Shown: positions 39,995 to 50,682 of the stretch, one piece after another | How the letters are laid out: each line of letters begins with the position of its first letter | Position numbering within the stretch: position 1 is the first letter of the stretch | Assembly: GCA_003210895.1 (NCBI GenBank) | Contig: QCUB01000001.1 | Span: forward strand, 14,163 to 78,162 | Direction of reading: 5' to 3' | Length of the DNA: 64,000 nucleotides | Source: Prochlorococcus sp. AG-676-M04 | Lineage (GTDB): Bacteria; Cyanobacteriota; Cyanobacteriia; PCC-6307; Cyanobiaceae | Program-made: the position numbers and the translations under genes | Notes under the pieces: generated by a model | Told to the model about the DNA's origin: nothing | The model's database searches: none | Seen by the model: only the letters and a program-made list of their open reading frames with translations

Positions 39995-40900
39995 ATGAAT
40001 AAGATTTTTATTAATATCAAAAAATTATTTTTAACCTCTACTATTGTTTTTGCAACTCTTTCTTCACCCTTGAATGCAAATCCAAAAGTTTTAAAGATCG
40101 GGGCAATTCCTGATCAAAATCAAGAGGTGTTAGACAAAAGATTTAATTTGTTTTCAAAAGAATTAGCCAAGACTCTAAATGTAAAGGTAAAGTACGTTCC
40201 CGTTATTAATTATCTTGCTGCGGTCACTGGATTTAGAACAAATGATTTAGATTTAGTATGGTTTGGTGGTTTATCCGGAGTTCAGGCAAGATTACAAACC
40301 CCTAATGCAATTGTGATTGCACAACGAGATATTGATAAAGAATTTAAAAGCGTTTTTATTGTGAATAAGAAATTAAAACTTGATTCAATTTCCAATAAAA
40401 ATGGACTTAAAAAGCTCAAGAATCTAAGATTTACTTTTGGTTCTGAAAATTCAACATCTGGTAGGTTAATGCCAGAATATTTCCTTAATGATGCTGGAAT
40501 AAAAATAGAAAACTTCAAAGGAAAAAGAGTAGGGTTTAGCGGTAGTCATGATGCAACTATCGCTTTAGTTAATAGTGGAGCCTTTGATGCAGGAGCTTTA
40601 AATAAACAAGTGTGGGAAAACAATCTTAAAAATAATCCTAAAAGAACAAAAAATGTAAATCTTTTTTGGACAACTCCTGGTTATGTTGACTATCATTGGG
40701 TTGCTCAAGGAAATCTTGATAATAGATTTCGAGAAGGTTTTACTAAAGAAATTAAAAATACAATTCTTAATTTAGATATTAAAAATACAGAACATAAAAA
40801 GATATTAGATATGTTCAACTCAAAAAAATTTATAAAAGCAGAATCTAGTGATTATAAAAATATCGAGTTAATCGCGAGAAAATTAAAAAAAATCAGATGA
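39995..40900 (+). CDS. phnD: phosphonate/phosphite (or selenate-type) ABC substrate-binding protein
   Basis: GAIPDQN, STSGRLMP, GSHDA. Confidence 0.85.
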   Translation: MNKIFINIKKLFLTSTIVFATLSSPLNANPKVLKIGAIPDQNQEVLDKRFNLFSKELAKTLNVKVKYVPVINYLAAVTGFRTNDLDLVWFGGLSGVQARLQTPNAIVIAQRDIDKEFKSVFIVNKKLKLDSISNKNGLKKLKNLRFTFGSENSTSGRLMPEYFLNDAGIKIENFKGKRVGFSGSHDATIALVNSGAFDAGALNKQVWENNLKNNPKRTKNVNLFWTTPGYVDYHWVAQGNLDNRFREGFTKEIKNTILNLDIKNTEHKKILDMFNSKKFIKAESSDYKNIELIARKLKKIR

Positions 40901-41640
40901 TTAATCCTCTTCTCGAATTAAAAGAGGTAAGCTATAAAAATAAAAATAATTTCACCTTAAACAAGGTAAGTTTACGAATTAAATCGGGTGAAAAAATTGC
41001 CTTATTAGGCAAAAGTGGCGCGGGTAAAACTACTCTTATATCTATTCTTAACGGAACACTCAAGCCTAACAAAGGTAAAGTCAAATTATTTAATACAGAA
41101 TTTGATAAATTAAACTTATATCAAAAGAGTAAGATTTCAACTATCTGGCAAGATTTAAGATTAATAGAAGATCTATCAGCAGAACAAAATGTTAATTGTG
41201 GACTTCTTGGAAAACAAAGTTTCCTATTTGCTTTTAAAAATTTACTAAATATAAGCTCTTTTAATAAAGCTCATCAATATATGCAAGTTTGTAATATTAA
41301 GAAATCTATTTTTTCCAAGAATATTAGAAAAATATCTGGAGGCCAAAAACAAAGAGTTGCTATTGCAAGATCATTAATTCAAGAGTCAGACATCCTACTT
41401 GCTGATGAGCCTTTTAATAATTTAGATCCAAAACTAACTTCTAATATTAAAAATCTATTATTAATTACTAAAAATAAAAATAAAAATAAAATAAAAGTTC
41501 CTAACACTACTTTAATTTCTTTGCATAGATTAGATTTATTAGATGGTTTTAATAGAATTATTGGAATGAAAAATGGTGAAATATTATTTGATTTAGAGAA
41601 AACTAAATTAAAAAAATATCATTTAAACAAGATTTATTAG
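40897..41640 (+). CDS. phnC: phosphonate-type ABC ATPase
   Basis: GKSGAGKT, SGGQKQRVAIAR, LADEP. Confidence 0.85.
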   Translation: MINPLLELKEVSYKNKNNFTLNKVSLRIKSGEKIALLGKSGAGKTTLISILNGTLKPNKGKVKLFNTEFDKLNLYQKSKISTIWQDLRLIEDLSAEQNVNCGLLGKQSFLFAFKNLLNISSFNKAHQYMQVCNIKKSIFSKNIRKISGGQKQRVAIARSLIQESDILLADEPFNNLDPKLTSNIKNLLLITKNKNKNKIKVPNTTLISLHRLDLLDGFNRIIGMKNGEILFDLEKTKLKKYHLNKIY

Positions 41641-41644
41641 GTAA

Positions 41645-43148
41645 TTGAATAAATTAAAATTAAATTCTTCTTCAATAACTTTTCTACCAATACTAGTTTG
41701 TATTCCTATAGCCTATGAACTATTTATTAATTTTCATATTGGAGGAATTGAATTATTTAAAGAATTTATTATTTCTGCCTTAAATCCAAAAATTAATAAT
41801 GAAATCATTTTCACATTAGTAAAAAGATTAAATGAAACTCTTTTTATTGCATTTTTTAGTTGGCTAATAAGTATTATATTTGGTGTTATTTTTGGAATAT
41901 TATCTTCAGAAATTTTTTATAAAATATTAAATTTACCTATATTTTTAAAGAGATTTTTAAATTTATTTTTAACTTTTATAAGATCGATTCATGAAATAAT
42001 TTGGGGACTTATATTAATGCAAATATATGGTATAAATTTTTCAATTGGGATAATAGCTATTTGCATTCCTTATGTTGCTATAAATGCAAAAGTTTTTAGT
42101 GAGCAAATAGAAAATATTAATCTTAAAACTATTGAATCAATTAAACAAATTAATGGTATTAAATCTTCCACTTTAATAACATTAGTTTGGGCTCCTGTTA
42201 TAGAAACCTTTAAAAATTTTGGTTTATATCGTTTGGAATGCGCCATAAGAAGTACAGCAGTTTTGGGATTGTTTGGATTTGGAGGAATAGGCACAAGTAT
42301 ATTTTTATCCTTTCAAACTTTGAATTTTCGAGAGCTATGGACTTATCTTTGGGGTTTAGCTTTTTTAATTATTATCTCAAAAGAACTATTAATAAAATTC
42401 AACCTATCTAACACTTCTAAGAAATTTTTGACCTATTTTGTAATATCTTTATTTTGTATTAGTTTATTTTCTTTATCTTTCTTTGTTTTTTTTATATTTA
42501 ATAAAAATGCAATACCTTTTAATTCAATCAACAATCTTTTGATATCAAACTTTAATTTTTTTTCATACGATTTTTTAAAGCTATTATTAGAAACAATAGT
42601 TTTATGTCTTTTATCTACTGGAATAACTATAAGTTTTCCTCCCATTTTTTATATTGATTTTAAATAATAAAATAGGAATTACAATTATCAGAATAATCTC
42701 ATTTTTATTTCGTTTAATACCACCGCCTGTATTAATTCTAATACTCTTAATGTTTAATGATCCTTCAATATCTTTAGCAGCAATAACATTAGGATTACAT
42801 AACGCAGCTATAACAAGCAAGTTGCTTTTGACGAATTTACATAACCAAGATAATAAAAAATATATTGCGATGAAATCATTAGGAGTTGCAAAGAGGTCTA
42901 GTTGGCTTTTCGGATTATTTGTTAAACAAGCAAATAGTTACTTAGCATATTGTGCTTATAGATCCGACATTATAATTAGAGAAACAGCCATTCTAGGAGT
43001 AATTGGTAGTGTTGGTTTAGGTTGGCAACTTCAAGAATCATTGAGTTCATTTGCATGGGAAGAAGTCATAGTGATTTTGTTTGCTTATAGCTCAATTGCA
43101 ATAATTGGAGAATTAATAAATGGTAAAATCAAAAGTAATCTAACTTGA
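41645..43148 (+). pseudogene. phnE: fused double PhnE permease split by a +1 frameshift (or sequencing error)
   Basis: Two PhnE repeats (YRLECAIRS, YRSDIIIRE); removing one T from 42645-42650 gives one 500-aa ORF. Confidence 0.8.
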
Positions 43149-43198
43149 TTGGTAATAAAAATCTTCTCTAATCAAGTGAAATAATTTAAAGGAAATTA

Positions 43199-43843
43199 GT
43201 GCCTGTTTTACCAAAACAATTGGTTGTAATCGGAGATAGTTCAGTATATGGATGGGGGGATACTGTAGGAGGAGGATGGTGCGAAAGACTAAGAAAAGAT
43301 TGGTCTAAGTTTCATGATTTTCCAATTATTTATCCACTTGGGGTAAGAGGAGATGGAATTGAAAAGGTTTCTTTACGTTGGGAAAAAGAATGGTCTTCAA
43401 GAGGAGAAACAAGAAGAAATAAACCCAAAGCTATCCTCTTAAATGTGGGTCTCAATGATACTCCAACAATTGGACAAAAAAATGGGCGGCACCAATTAGA
43501 GATAAATGGATTCGAGTATGGATTAGAAAGATTAATTTTTGAAATGAAGTCCCAAACTCAAGTTTTTGTAATTGGGCTAACCCCAGTTGATGAAAACAAA
43601 ATGCCATTTGCTGGATGTTTATGGTATTCAAATGATTTCTGTCATTCATATGAAAGAAGAATGGAAGAAGTCTGTATAAATCAAAATGTCCCTTTTCTGC
43701 CAACTTTTAGAGAAATGTACTCAGATAATAGAAGTAAGAATTGGATTGCAGAGGATGGTATACACTTAAATGCGTATGGACATCTTTGGATTTATCAACG
43801 TCTTAAAAGTTGGGATATTCTTAATAAATGGAAGGAATCCTAA
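43199..43843 (+). CDS. GDSL/SGNH hydrolase
   Basis: GDSS, GLND, DGIH. Confidence 0.9.
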   Translation: MPVLPKQLVVIGDSSVYGWGDTVGGGWCERLRKDWSKFHDFPIIYPLGVRGDGIEKVSLRWEKEWSSRGETRRNKPKAILLNVGLNDTPTIGQKNGRHQLEINGFEYGLERLIFEMKSQTQVFVIGLTPVDENKMPFAGCLWYSNDFCHSYERRMEEVCINQNVPFLPTFREMYSDNRSKNWIAEDGIHLNAYGHLWIYQRLKSWDILNKWKES

Positions 43844-43860
43844 CTTTGATAAAAGGTAAT

Positions 43861-44604
43861 TTAATTAGAAATTTTGAGATAAAAAATTAGAACAAAAATA
43901 GCAATTATAGAAGAAATACTTGTTTGAATAGAATTTACTAATTCATTACTTAATTTATATTTGTCTTGAAATTTAGCTCCAATAAAACTTTCAGAAATTG
44001 TTGCTAAAAAACCAGAAATTGCAACTATCAAAAATTGATATTTTGTTGAGATAATATTTAAAATAAACATTATTAATGACATAAATATTGAGCCTAAGGC
44101 ACTTGCCGCTGTACCTTCTAAACTAATTCCTCCTTCCGTTCCTCTTTCAACTTTTCTAAAAGAAGTAATTAGATATGTATTCCTACCAAATCTTTTTCCT
44201 ATTTCACTACCAAAAGTATCTGCCAACTTTGCGGCAAAACTTGCAGCAAAACCAATTTTGTAAAAGACGAAATTAGTAAAATTCAATTTAACCATTATTG
44301 CAAAAAACAATCCAGTTGCAGCCGAACCCCAAACATTTTCAGGACCTCTTTTACCACCTCTTTTTTCAGCTATCCCTTTTTCGTTTTTAAATTTATAACC
44401 AATTCTTGTCACAAGAGATCCAAGGAATAAATATATTACAACTGAGCTCCAACCTTGCCATGACAAACATCCCCATAAAATAGACCCTAATACCCCAGCA
44501 CTTATCCACCCCCCTTTTGTCATCAATGGGACTCTAAAAAACAAAGAAATTAGAATAAAATTAATTAAAAAACCAAGTAAAAAATCATTAGAAAGTAAAT
44601 TCAT
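43861..44604 (-). CDS. DUF92/TIGR00297 membrane protein
   Basis: RGPENVWGS, ADTFGSEIG, GTEGGIS. Confidence 0.9.
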   Translation of the reverse strand: MNLLSNDFLLGFLINFILISLFFRVPLMTKGGWISAGVLGSILWGCLSWQGWSSVVIYLFLGSLVTRIGYKFKNEKGIAEKRGGKRGPENVWGSAATGLFFAIMVKLNFTNFVFYKIGFAASFAAKLADTFGSEIGKRFGRNTYLITSFRKVERGTEGGISLEGTAASALGSIFMSLIMFILNIISTKYQFLIVAISGFLATISESFIGAKFQDKYKLSNELVNSIQTSISSIIAIFVLIFYLKISN

Positions 44605-44608
44605 TTTT

Positions 44609-45382
44609 TTAAAGAATTAATTTAAGATCATTACGCCATTGACTAAGAATTGAAGTTGCATTAACAGTAGCTGTTGAAGTTCTTAAAATGGTTTCTGAAA
44701 GTTTTACAAAAGCAATTTTATTTTTAATAAAAAATTCAATTTCACCTTTGGACCAGCCTCCTTCCGGTCCAATTACATTCCATAAAACTCCTCCTTTTTT
44801 ATCCAAAAAACTTTGCTTTTTTTTTAACCAATGGTTTAAATTATCAGAGCTATCATCTCTTGTAACAGATACTGAAATAATATCTTCATTTTCTATAGAA
44901 TTTACCCAGTCGAATAAATTAATATCACTCAAAATAGATGGTCTCCATAATCTCTCACATTGCTCAACAGCTTCATTAACAATTGAATCCCATCTTATAA
45001 GTTTATTTGAGAAGTTGGTATACTTCTTAACCTGTCTATCTGAATTCAAAGGTTGTATAAAATCAATTCCTATTTCAGTACACATTTTTAGAATATCTTC
45101 AACACCATTTTTAGGTATAACAAAAGCTATTCCTAATAAAATTTTTTCTTTTTCTTGAAATAAATAAGGTTTATTAATATTATTTATCTTTATAAAATCG
45201 TCCTCTAAGTTTATAGCTTTCCATAATGAACCTTGGCCATTAGTGATAAATATTTCTTTACCAATTTTTATTCGCATTACTTTATTTATATAGCGCGCTT
45301 CATTATTTGTAAGTTTTAAATTATTGTTCTTGTTATTAATTATTCTTTCATTCTGTATAAATAATCTTGTTAAATCGTCCAT
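44609..45382 (-). CDS. rsmE: 16S rRNA m3U1498 methyltransferase
   Basis: EAVEQCER, IGPEGG, ILRTSTA. Confidence 0.93.
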   Translation of the reverse strand: MDDLTRLFIQNERIINNKNNNLKLTNNEARYINKVMRIKIGKEIFITNGQGSLWKAINLEDDFIKINNINKPYLFQEKEKILLGIAFVIPKNGVEDILKMCTEIGIDFIQPLNSDRQVKKYTNFSNKLIRWDSIVNEAVEQCERLWRPSILSDINLFDWVNSIENEDIISVSVTRDDSSDNLNHWLKKKQSFLDKKGGVLWNVIGPEGGWSKGEIEFFIKNKIAFVKLSETILRTSTATVNATSILSQWRNDLKLIL

Positions 45383-45391
45383 ATATAAAAA

Positions 45392-45835
45392 TCAATTTTT
45401 AAAAACCAAATCTTCATGTTCCTCAATCGACCAATCACTATTTTCACCCCCAATTATTAATTCATCAATTTTTACATAATTATTAGATATCTCATTTAAC
45501 GCATTTATTAAAATATCAATAGAAAGTGAATCTGAAGTCCCAAAATCAACCCAACTTCTTGACCATAAATTTTGATATTCCATAACACCTAAATTATGCA
45601 TCAAGGCAGGCAGGGTAGATTCTTTTTGCTCATTATCGTATGACATCCAACTTAAATCAGAACCCTCTTCATGAGTTTGTAAATTTTCAGAATTAAAACC
45701 ACCTAACCTACCTAAAACATACCAACTATCAAAAACTCCATCTAAGTAGTTTTTTTCTGCTTCAGTAGGTATTTCAAAGAATTTTATCCAAATCCAACAA
45801 TTAAAAGGATCAACTTCCCTAAATGCAATATTCAT
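45392..45835 (-). CDS. DUF3531-family protein (start probably at MNIAFREV)
   Basis: FREVDPFNCWIW, SWYVLGRLGGFN, WVDFGTSD. Confidence 0.85.
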   Translation of the reverse strand: MNIAFREVDPFNCWIWIKFFEIPTEAEKNYLDGVFDSWYVLGRLGGFNSENLQTHEEGSDLSWMSYDNEQKESTLPALMHNLGVMEYQNLWSRSWVDFGTSDSLSIDILINALNEISNNYVKIDELIIGGENSDWSIEEHEDLVFKN

Positions 45836-45919
45836 TTTTACTGTTATTTTTTTTAGATCTATAGCTATTATAAGTTGATAATTCAAAGTTTAAATTTTAT
45901 ACCTACAACTAAATTAATA

Positions 45920-46567
45920 ATGCTTGATTTAAAAGATATTAGTTATCAACCTCAAACAGGAAATAAAAAGACAATAGAAGATATTAGTTTCAATCTTCAT
46001 GAAAATGAAATTATATTAATTTGTGGTAAAAGTGGTTCAGGCAAAACTACTCTATTGGAAATAATAAGTGGACTAGTTACTCCTCAGAAAGGGAAGATTA
46101 CTTGGAAAAATAAAAATATCACTGCTAGGCAAAGAAGATGGATATGTGGAGTAGTATTCCAATTCCCAGAAAGATACTTTTTAGGAACAACCATTGGGAA
46201 AGAATTAAAAATTGGTTATAAATCATTGAGAGAAAAAAATATAGAGCAAGTTTTAAAAAAAGTTGGGTTATCAGATATAAATCTTACTCAACCTCCTGAG
46301 AAATTAAGTGGTGGTCAACAGAGAAGATTAGCTGTAGCAGTTCAACTAATGAGAAATCCAACTATTCTTTTACTTGACGAACCAACTGCTGGGCTTGATT
46401 GGTCAATGAAAAATGATGTTAAGAATTTAGTTCTCAATCTCAAAAATAAAAATACAATAATTATCGTTACTCATGAACCCTCATTATTTGAGGGGATACC
46501 GTCTAAAATATTAGTTCTTGAACAAGGAAAGATTAAGGAATTAACGAAAGAAAATTATGGGGGATAA
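45920..46567 (+). CDS. ABC/ECF-type ATP-binding protein
   Basis: [31 protein letters not shown]. Confidence 0.9.
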   Translation: MLDLKDISYQPQTGNKKTIEDISFNLHENEIILICGKSGSGKTTLLEIISGLVTPQKGKITWKNKNITARQRRWICGVVFQFPERYFLGTTIGKELKIGYKSLREKNIEQVLKKVGLSDINLTQPPEKLSGGQQRRLAVAVQLMRNPTILLLDEPTAGLDWSMKNDVKNLVLNLKNKNTIIIVTHEPSLFEGIPSKILVLEQGKIKELTKENYGG

Positions 46568-47459
46568 AATTGTACGCGCAACTGCGGCTAATGGGGGAAT
46601 AAGGTTAGTTGCGGTATTAACAACAGATTCATCAATGGAAGCGAAAGAAAGGCATGGATTGTCTTATCTAACTACCTCTATACTGGGGAGAGCTTTCAGC
46701 GCCTCTCTTCTTTTAGCAAGTTCGATGAAAGTAATGCATGGGAGAGTCACTTTAAGAGTAAGATCTGATGGCCCTTTAAAGGGATTAATTGTGGATGCTG
46801 GCAGAGATGGGAAAGTTAGAGGTTATGTCGGAAATCCTAATTTGGAATTAGATCTAGTCAAAACCAAGTCAAATCAATATTCTTTTGATTTCACAAAAGC
46901 ATTAGGGACAGGCTATTTAAATGTTATTCGGGATAATGGTTTTGGAGAACCTTTTACCAGCACTATTGAGTTAGTTAATGGAAATATTGCCGAAGATTTA
47001 GCATCTTATTTATATCATTCTGAGCAGACTCCTTCTGCTGTATTTATTGGGGAAAAGATTCAAAATAAAAATATTATTTCTAGCGGAGGATTGTTAGCTC
47101 AAGTTTTGCCAAAGAAAGAAACTGATCCATTATTAGTCTCGCTGCTTGAAGAAAGATGTAAAGAAATTAATTCTTTTAGTGAAGACTTATTTAAATCAAA
47201 AGATAATCTTCTTTCACTAATAAAAAATATATTTCCAGATATTGACGATAAATCAATTTCCGAGAAAGCTCGAACTCAAGAAGTTAGATTTAAATGTCGG
47301 TGCTCTAGACAGAGAAGTTTAAATGCAATGAAAATGCTTGATAAAAACGAGTTAGAAGATATTTTAATTAAAGAAGGAAAAGCCGAATTAGTTTGCGAAT
47401 TTTGCAAGAATAAATATCTAATAAATTCTGAAGAGATTAAAGAGATGATTAAAAATTAA
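46557..47459 (+). CDS. hslO: Hsp33 chaperone
   Basis: [14 protein letters not shown] and CEFC zinc motifs. Confidence 0.95.
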   Translation: MGDKIVRATAANGGIRLVAVLTTDSSMEAKERHGLSYLTTSILGRAFSASLLLASSMKVMHGRVTLRVRSDGPLKGLIVDAGRDGKVRGYVGNPNLELDLVKTKSNQYSFDFTKALGTGYLNVIRDNGFGEPFTSTIELVNGNIAEDLASYLYHSEQTPSAVFIGEKIQNKNIISSGGLLAQVLPKKETDPLLVSLLEERCKEINSFSEDLFKSKDNLLSLIKNIFPDIDDKSISEKARTQEVRFKCRCSRQRSLNAMKMLDKNELEDILIKEGKAELVCEFCKNKYLINSEEIKEMIKN

Positions 47460-47460
47460 T

Positions 47461-48135
47461 TTAAAGGAAAATTACTCCTATCCACAAAATTATAATTGCT
47501 GGTAAACTTTGAATTTTTTCAATTGATAAAGAGTTATTAGATATTTCCTGAATAAATGAGTTGGTTTCAAATAAACCTCCAAATATTAATCCTATTGAAA
47601 GAAATGTCACACTCCATCCAAGAGAACTAATAAACTTTTTACCTGATTTAATTTGAATATAAGTAAGGATTAAAGTTGAAATAGAAAGAAGAAGTCTGTT
47701 GTAAGAATCAGGACTAATTAAAAGTATTATCAAAAATAATAATCCAACAGATAATTTGATTGAAAGATTATCAAAAGATGGAGGGGTTATTTTGGGAAGG
47801 CTATATTCGTTTGACTTGTTTCCATTATTATTCAAATTTTTTATTTTTGATAAAAGCGGGAAATCATTATTAATGAGTTTATTAATTTGTTTCTCTTTCT
47901 TAGACGCATTTTGAGCTTCGAAACTAACATTCCCTGACTGCCTTGCTTTCAAACTACCCATTAATAATTGATCAAAAGATGATTCTATTTTTGCCTTAAG
48001 TAGTAGATCTTCACCAGCCTCCTTAACTTTAAGATCTCTTGCTTTTTGTATATCTTCAAAATCAGCACCTTCTTTAACACCTAATATTTCATAGGGAGTT
48101 TTATCGGGATTATTTTTGCTTTTATTTGAATCCAA
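47461..48135 (-). CDS. CPP1-like (DUF3353) J-like membrane protein
   Basis: PYEILGV...F.DIQ.AR, C-terminal TM segments. Confidence 0.8.
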   Translation of the reverse strand: MDSNKSKNNPDKTPYEILGVKEGADFEDIQKARDLKVKEAGEDLLLKAKIESSFDQLLMGSLKARQSGNVSFEAQNASKKEKQINKLINNDFPLLSKIKNLNNNGNKSNEYSLPKITPPSFDNLSIKLSVGLLFLIILLISPDSYNRLLLSISTLILTYIQIKSGKKFISSLGWSVTFLSIGLIFGGLFETNSFIQEISNNSLSIEKIQSLPAIIILWIGVIFL

Positions 48136-48186
48136 TTGATTTTTACAATGATTATAGATTAACCAATTTTATTATCCAATAGGACT

Positions 48187-49824
48187 TTATAAAACAATTG
48201 GTTCCACTCCACTAACAACAGGTGCTACTTTTTTTAAATCTAAATTCTCATTATCTTCAATAAATTGATTAAGATTCCATTGATTCTTAAAAAGAATCAC
48301 TGGCCTATTCCAGCAATCCTTTACTACTTTGCAATTAAAGATCCTTCCTAATTCGTCAATAGCTGACCATCCATCTGAAACCCATCGTGCCAATTGGTAT
48401 GGCATAGATTCAAGATTGGCATCTACACCATATTCATTTTTTAATCTATGAATAACTACTTCCAACTGTAATTGTCCAACAGCTGCAAGGATAGGGTCTC
48501 TTTTGCTCTCATCAAAGTCATAAAGTATTTGAACAGCACCTTCTTCACGAAGTTCGTTTACTCCCTTCCTAAAGTTTTTAAATGCTGAAGGGTTTGGATT
48601 TCTTAGCCAACTAAATATTTCAGGACTAAAGGAGGGTATACCCTCATATTCAAGATGAGTGCCTGTATATAAAGTATCTCCGATAGAAAACATTCCAGGG
48701 TTATTAAGTCCAATTACATCTCCAGGATAGGCATCATCAACTACTTCTCTGTCTTGACCAAATATTTTTTGAGGTCGAGATAATCTAATAGTTCTTCCTG
48801 TTCTTGAGTGCTTGACTGACATATCCTTTTCAAATTTTCCACTACAAACTCTTATAAAAGCAACTCTATCTCTATGTTTTGGATCCATATTTGCCTGTAA
48901 CTTAAATACGAAACCGCTAAATTCATCGCTTGCGGGCTCAATATCTCCCTTATTACTATTTCTTGAAGTTGGTTTTTGAGCCATTTTTAAAAAACTATCT
49001 AAAAAAGGTCTTACCCCAAAATTTGTCATCGCCGAGCCAAAGAAAACAGGAGTAAGTGAACCATTAAAAATTTCTTCTTTTTCTAATTTCGAACCTGCCT
49101 CATCAAGAACCTCGAGCTCTTCAAGAGCGATATCAAGTAATTCTTTCTCTACATATTTTGAAAGTTCTTTATCATCTAAACTCATTCTTTTCTCATTTGA
49201 CTGTTTCCCTCTAACAGCTTTATCAAATAAAATAACCTCTCTTGTAAATCTATCAATAACTCCTCTAAATTCCTCACCTATACCAATCGGCCAATTAACG
49301 GGCAAAGTATTTAAACCAAGCTCTGATTCAATTTCATCAAGCAAAGAAAAAGGTTCTCTGCCCGGTCTATCCATCTTATTAATAAAAGTAAAAATAGGTA
49401 TTTTTCTCATTCTGCATACCTCAAATAATTTTCTTGTTTGAGGTTCTAATCCTTTAGCAGCATCTTCAAGCATTACTGCATTATCTGCGGCAGCTAAGGT
49501 TCTATATGTATCTTCAGAAAAATCTTTGTGACCAGGAGTATCCAACAGATTTATTACTGATCTTTCATATTCAAACTGCAAAACAGTTGAAGTAATTGAA
49601 ATACCTCTTTGTTTTTCAAGTTCCATCCAATCAGAAGTTGCTTTCCTTTGATTACCTCTTGCTTTTACTGCACCTGCTTGCTGTATAGCGCCTCCATACA
49701 AAAGAAGTTTTTCAGTGAGAGTTGTTTTACCAGCATCAGGATGTGAAATAATCGCAAAGTTCCTTCTTTTATTTACCGCCTCTAAGATATTTTTATTATT
49801 TAAGTTTTCAGTACTTGAACTCAT
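48187..49824 (-). CDS. prfC: peptide chain release factor 3
   Basis: [28 protein letters not shown]. Confidence 0.98.
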   Translation of the reverse strand: MSSSTENLNNKNILEAVNKRRNFAIISHPDAGKTTLTEKLLLYGGAIQQAGAVKARGNQRKATSDWMELEKQRGISITSTVLQFEYERSVINLLDTPGHKDFSEDTYRTLAAADNAVMLEDAAKGLEPQTRKLFEVCRMRKIPIFTFINKMDRPGREPFSLLDEIESELGLNTLPVNWPIGIGEEFRGVIDRFTREVILFDKAVRGKQSNEKRMSLDDKELSKYVEKELLDIALEELEVLDEAGSKLEKEEIFNGSLTPVFFGSAMTNFGVRPFLDSFLKMAQKPTSRNSNKGDIEPASDEFSGFVFKLQANMDPKHRDRVAFIRVCSGKFEKDMSVKHSRTGRTIRLSRPQKIFGQDREVVDDAYPGDVIGLNNPGMFSIGDTLYTGTHLEYEGIPSFSPEIFSWLRNPNPSAFKNFRKGVNELREEGAVQILYDFDESKRDPILAAVGQLQLEVVIHRLKNEYGVDANLESMPYQLARWVSDGWSAIDELGRIFNCKVVKDCWNRPVILFKNQWNLNQFIEDNENLDLKKVAPVVSGVEPIVL

Positions 49825-49853
49825 TAAATTCTATTTTAACAATCCCACTAACT

Positions 49854-50549
49854 CTAAACCTTACCATAAATGACTAAATATTGATCACCTTCTTCGAACA
49901 CTTCTAAAGAGGATAATTTATTCTCAAAAATAAAATCTTTTAATTCTTTTGATGTGTAAGAAGCCTTTAATGATGCGTAATAATCATTAGTCAAAATTTC
50001 ATTATATTTTTCCCCACATTTTTCTTTTAAATATAAGGCTGATTGTTTATCAATCGGTCTTTTCAGATCTTTATGAAAATTTATAGTCAAATCATTTGAT
50101 AATCTCTTTATGCAATTAAAAAAATCATCCAGATAAGTAATATGGTGAATTAAACTGTTGCTGACTAATAAACTTATATTTTTTTCGAAAGAAATATCAC
50201 TTGATTTAAGGCTTTTTATATCTGCACAAATGTAACGCAAATTTTTTAATCGACTCCGATTTAAGGAATTCTTTTTATTTAACTCAGCTATTCGAATCAT
50301 CTCTTTGGAGCCATCAATACCAATAACATTGGTATTAGGCCATTTAGTTGATAACTTTTCAGAAATATTGCCAGGTCCGCATCCTAAATCAACAATCAAT
50401 TCATTTTTACTCAAATGAATATTATTTTTAATCAAGTAATGATTTATTTGACTAATAAGATTATTCTCTCCCTCTGAAAAGTCAGCTTTAGCATAAGAAT
50501 CAACTTGATCTTCTCTTTCCATTAATTCAGGTTCAACAGTTCTTTCCAT
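49854..50549 (-). CDS. class I SAM-dependent methyltransferase
   Basis: VDLGCGPG, SNSLIHH. Confidence 0.9.
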   Translation of the reverse strand: MERTVEPELMEREDQVDSYAKADFSEGENNLISQINHYLIKNNIHLSKNELIVDLGCGPGNISEKLSTKWPNTNVIGIDGSKEMIRIAELNKKNSLNRSRLKNLRYICADIKSLKSSDISFEKNISLLVSNSLIHHITYLDDFFNCIKRLSNDLTINFHKDLKRPIDKQSALYLKEKCGEKYNEILTNDYYASLKASYTSKELKDFIFENKLSSLEVFEEGDQYLVIYGKV

Positions 50550-50594
50550 AAACTTCCGTGAACAAAGATTTCATAATAAACATATTTTCACACA

Positions 50595-50641
50595 AACCGT
50601 TAAATAGTGGTAAGAATAGTTGCAGACGCCACAGGTAGAGT
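50595..50641 (+). promoter_or_regulatory. tandem NrdR-box-like sites
   Basis: AACCGTTAAATAGTGG (50595) and ACGCCACAGGTAGAGT (50626), 31 bp apart, upstream of nrdJ. Confidence 0.5.
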
Positions 50642-50682
50642 TATTCTTCCTTTACGGGTAAATTTACATACTTTTTTTTATC

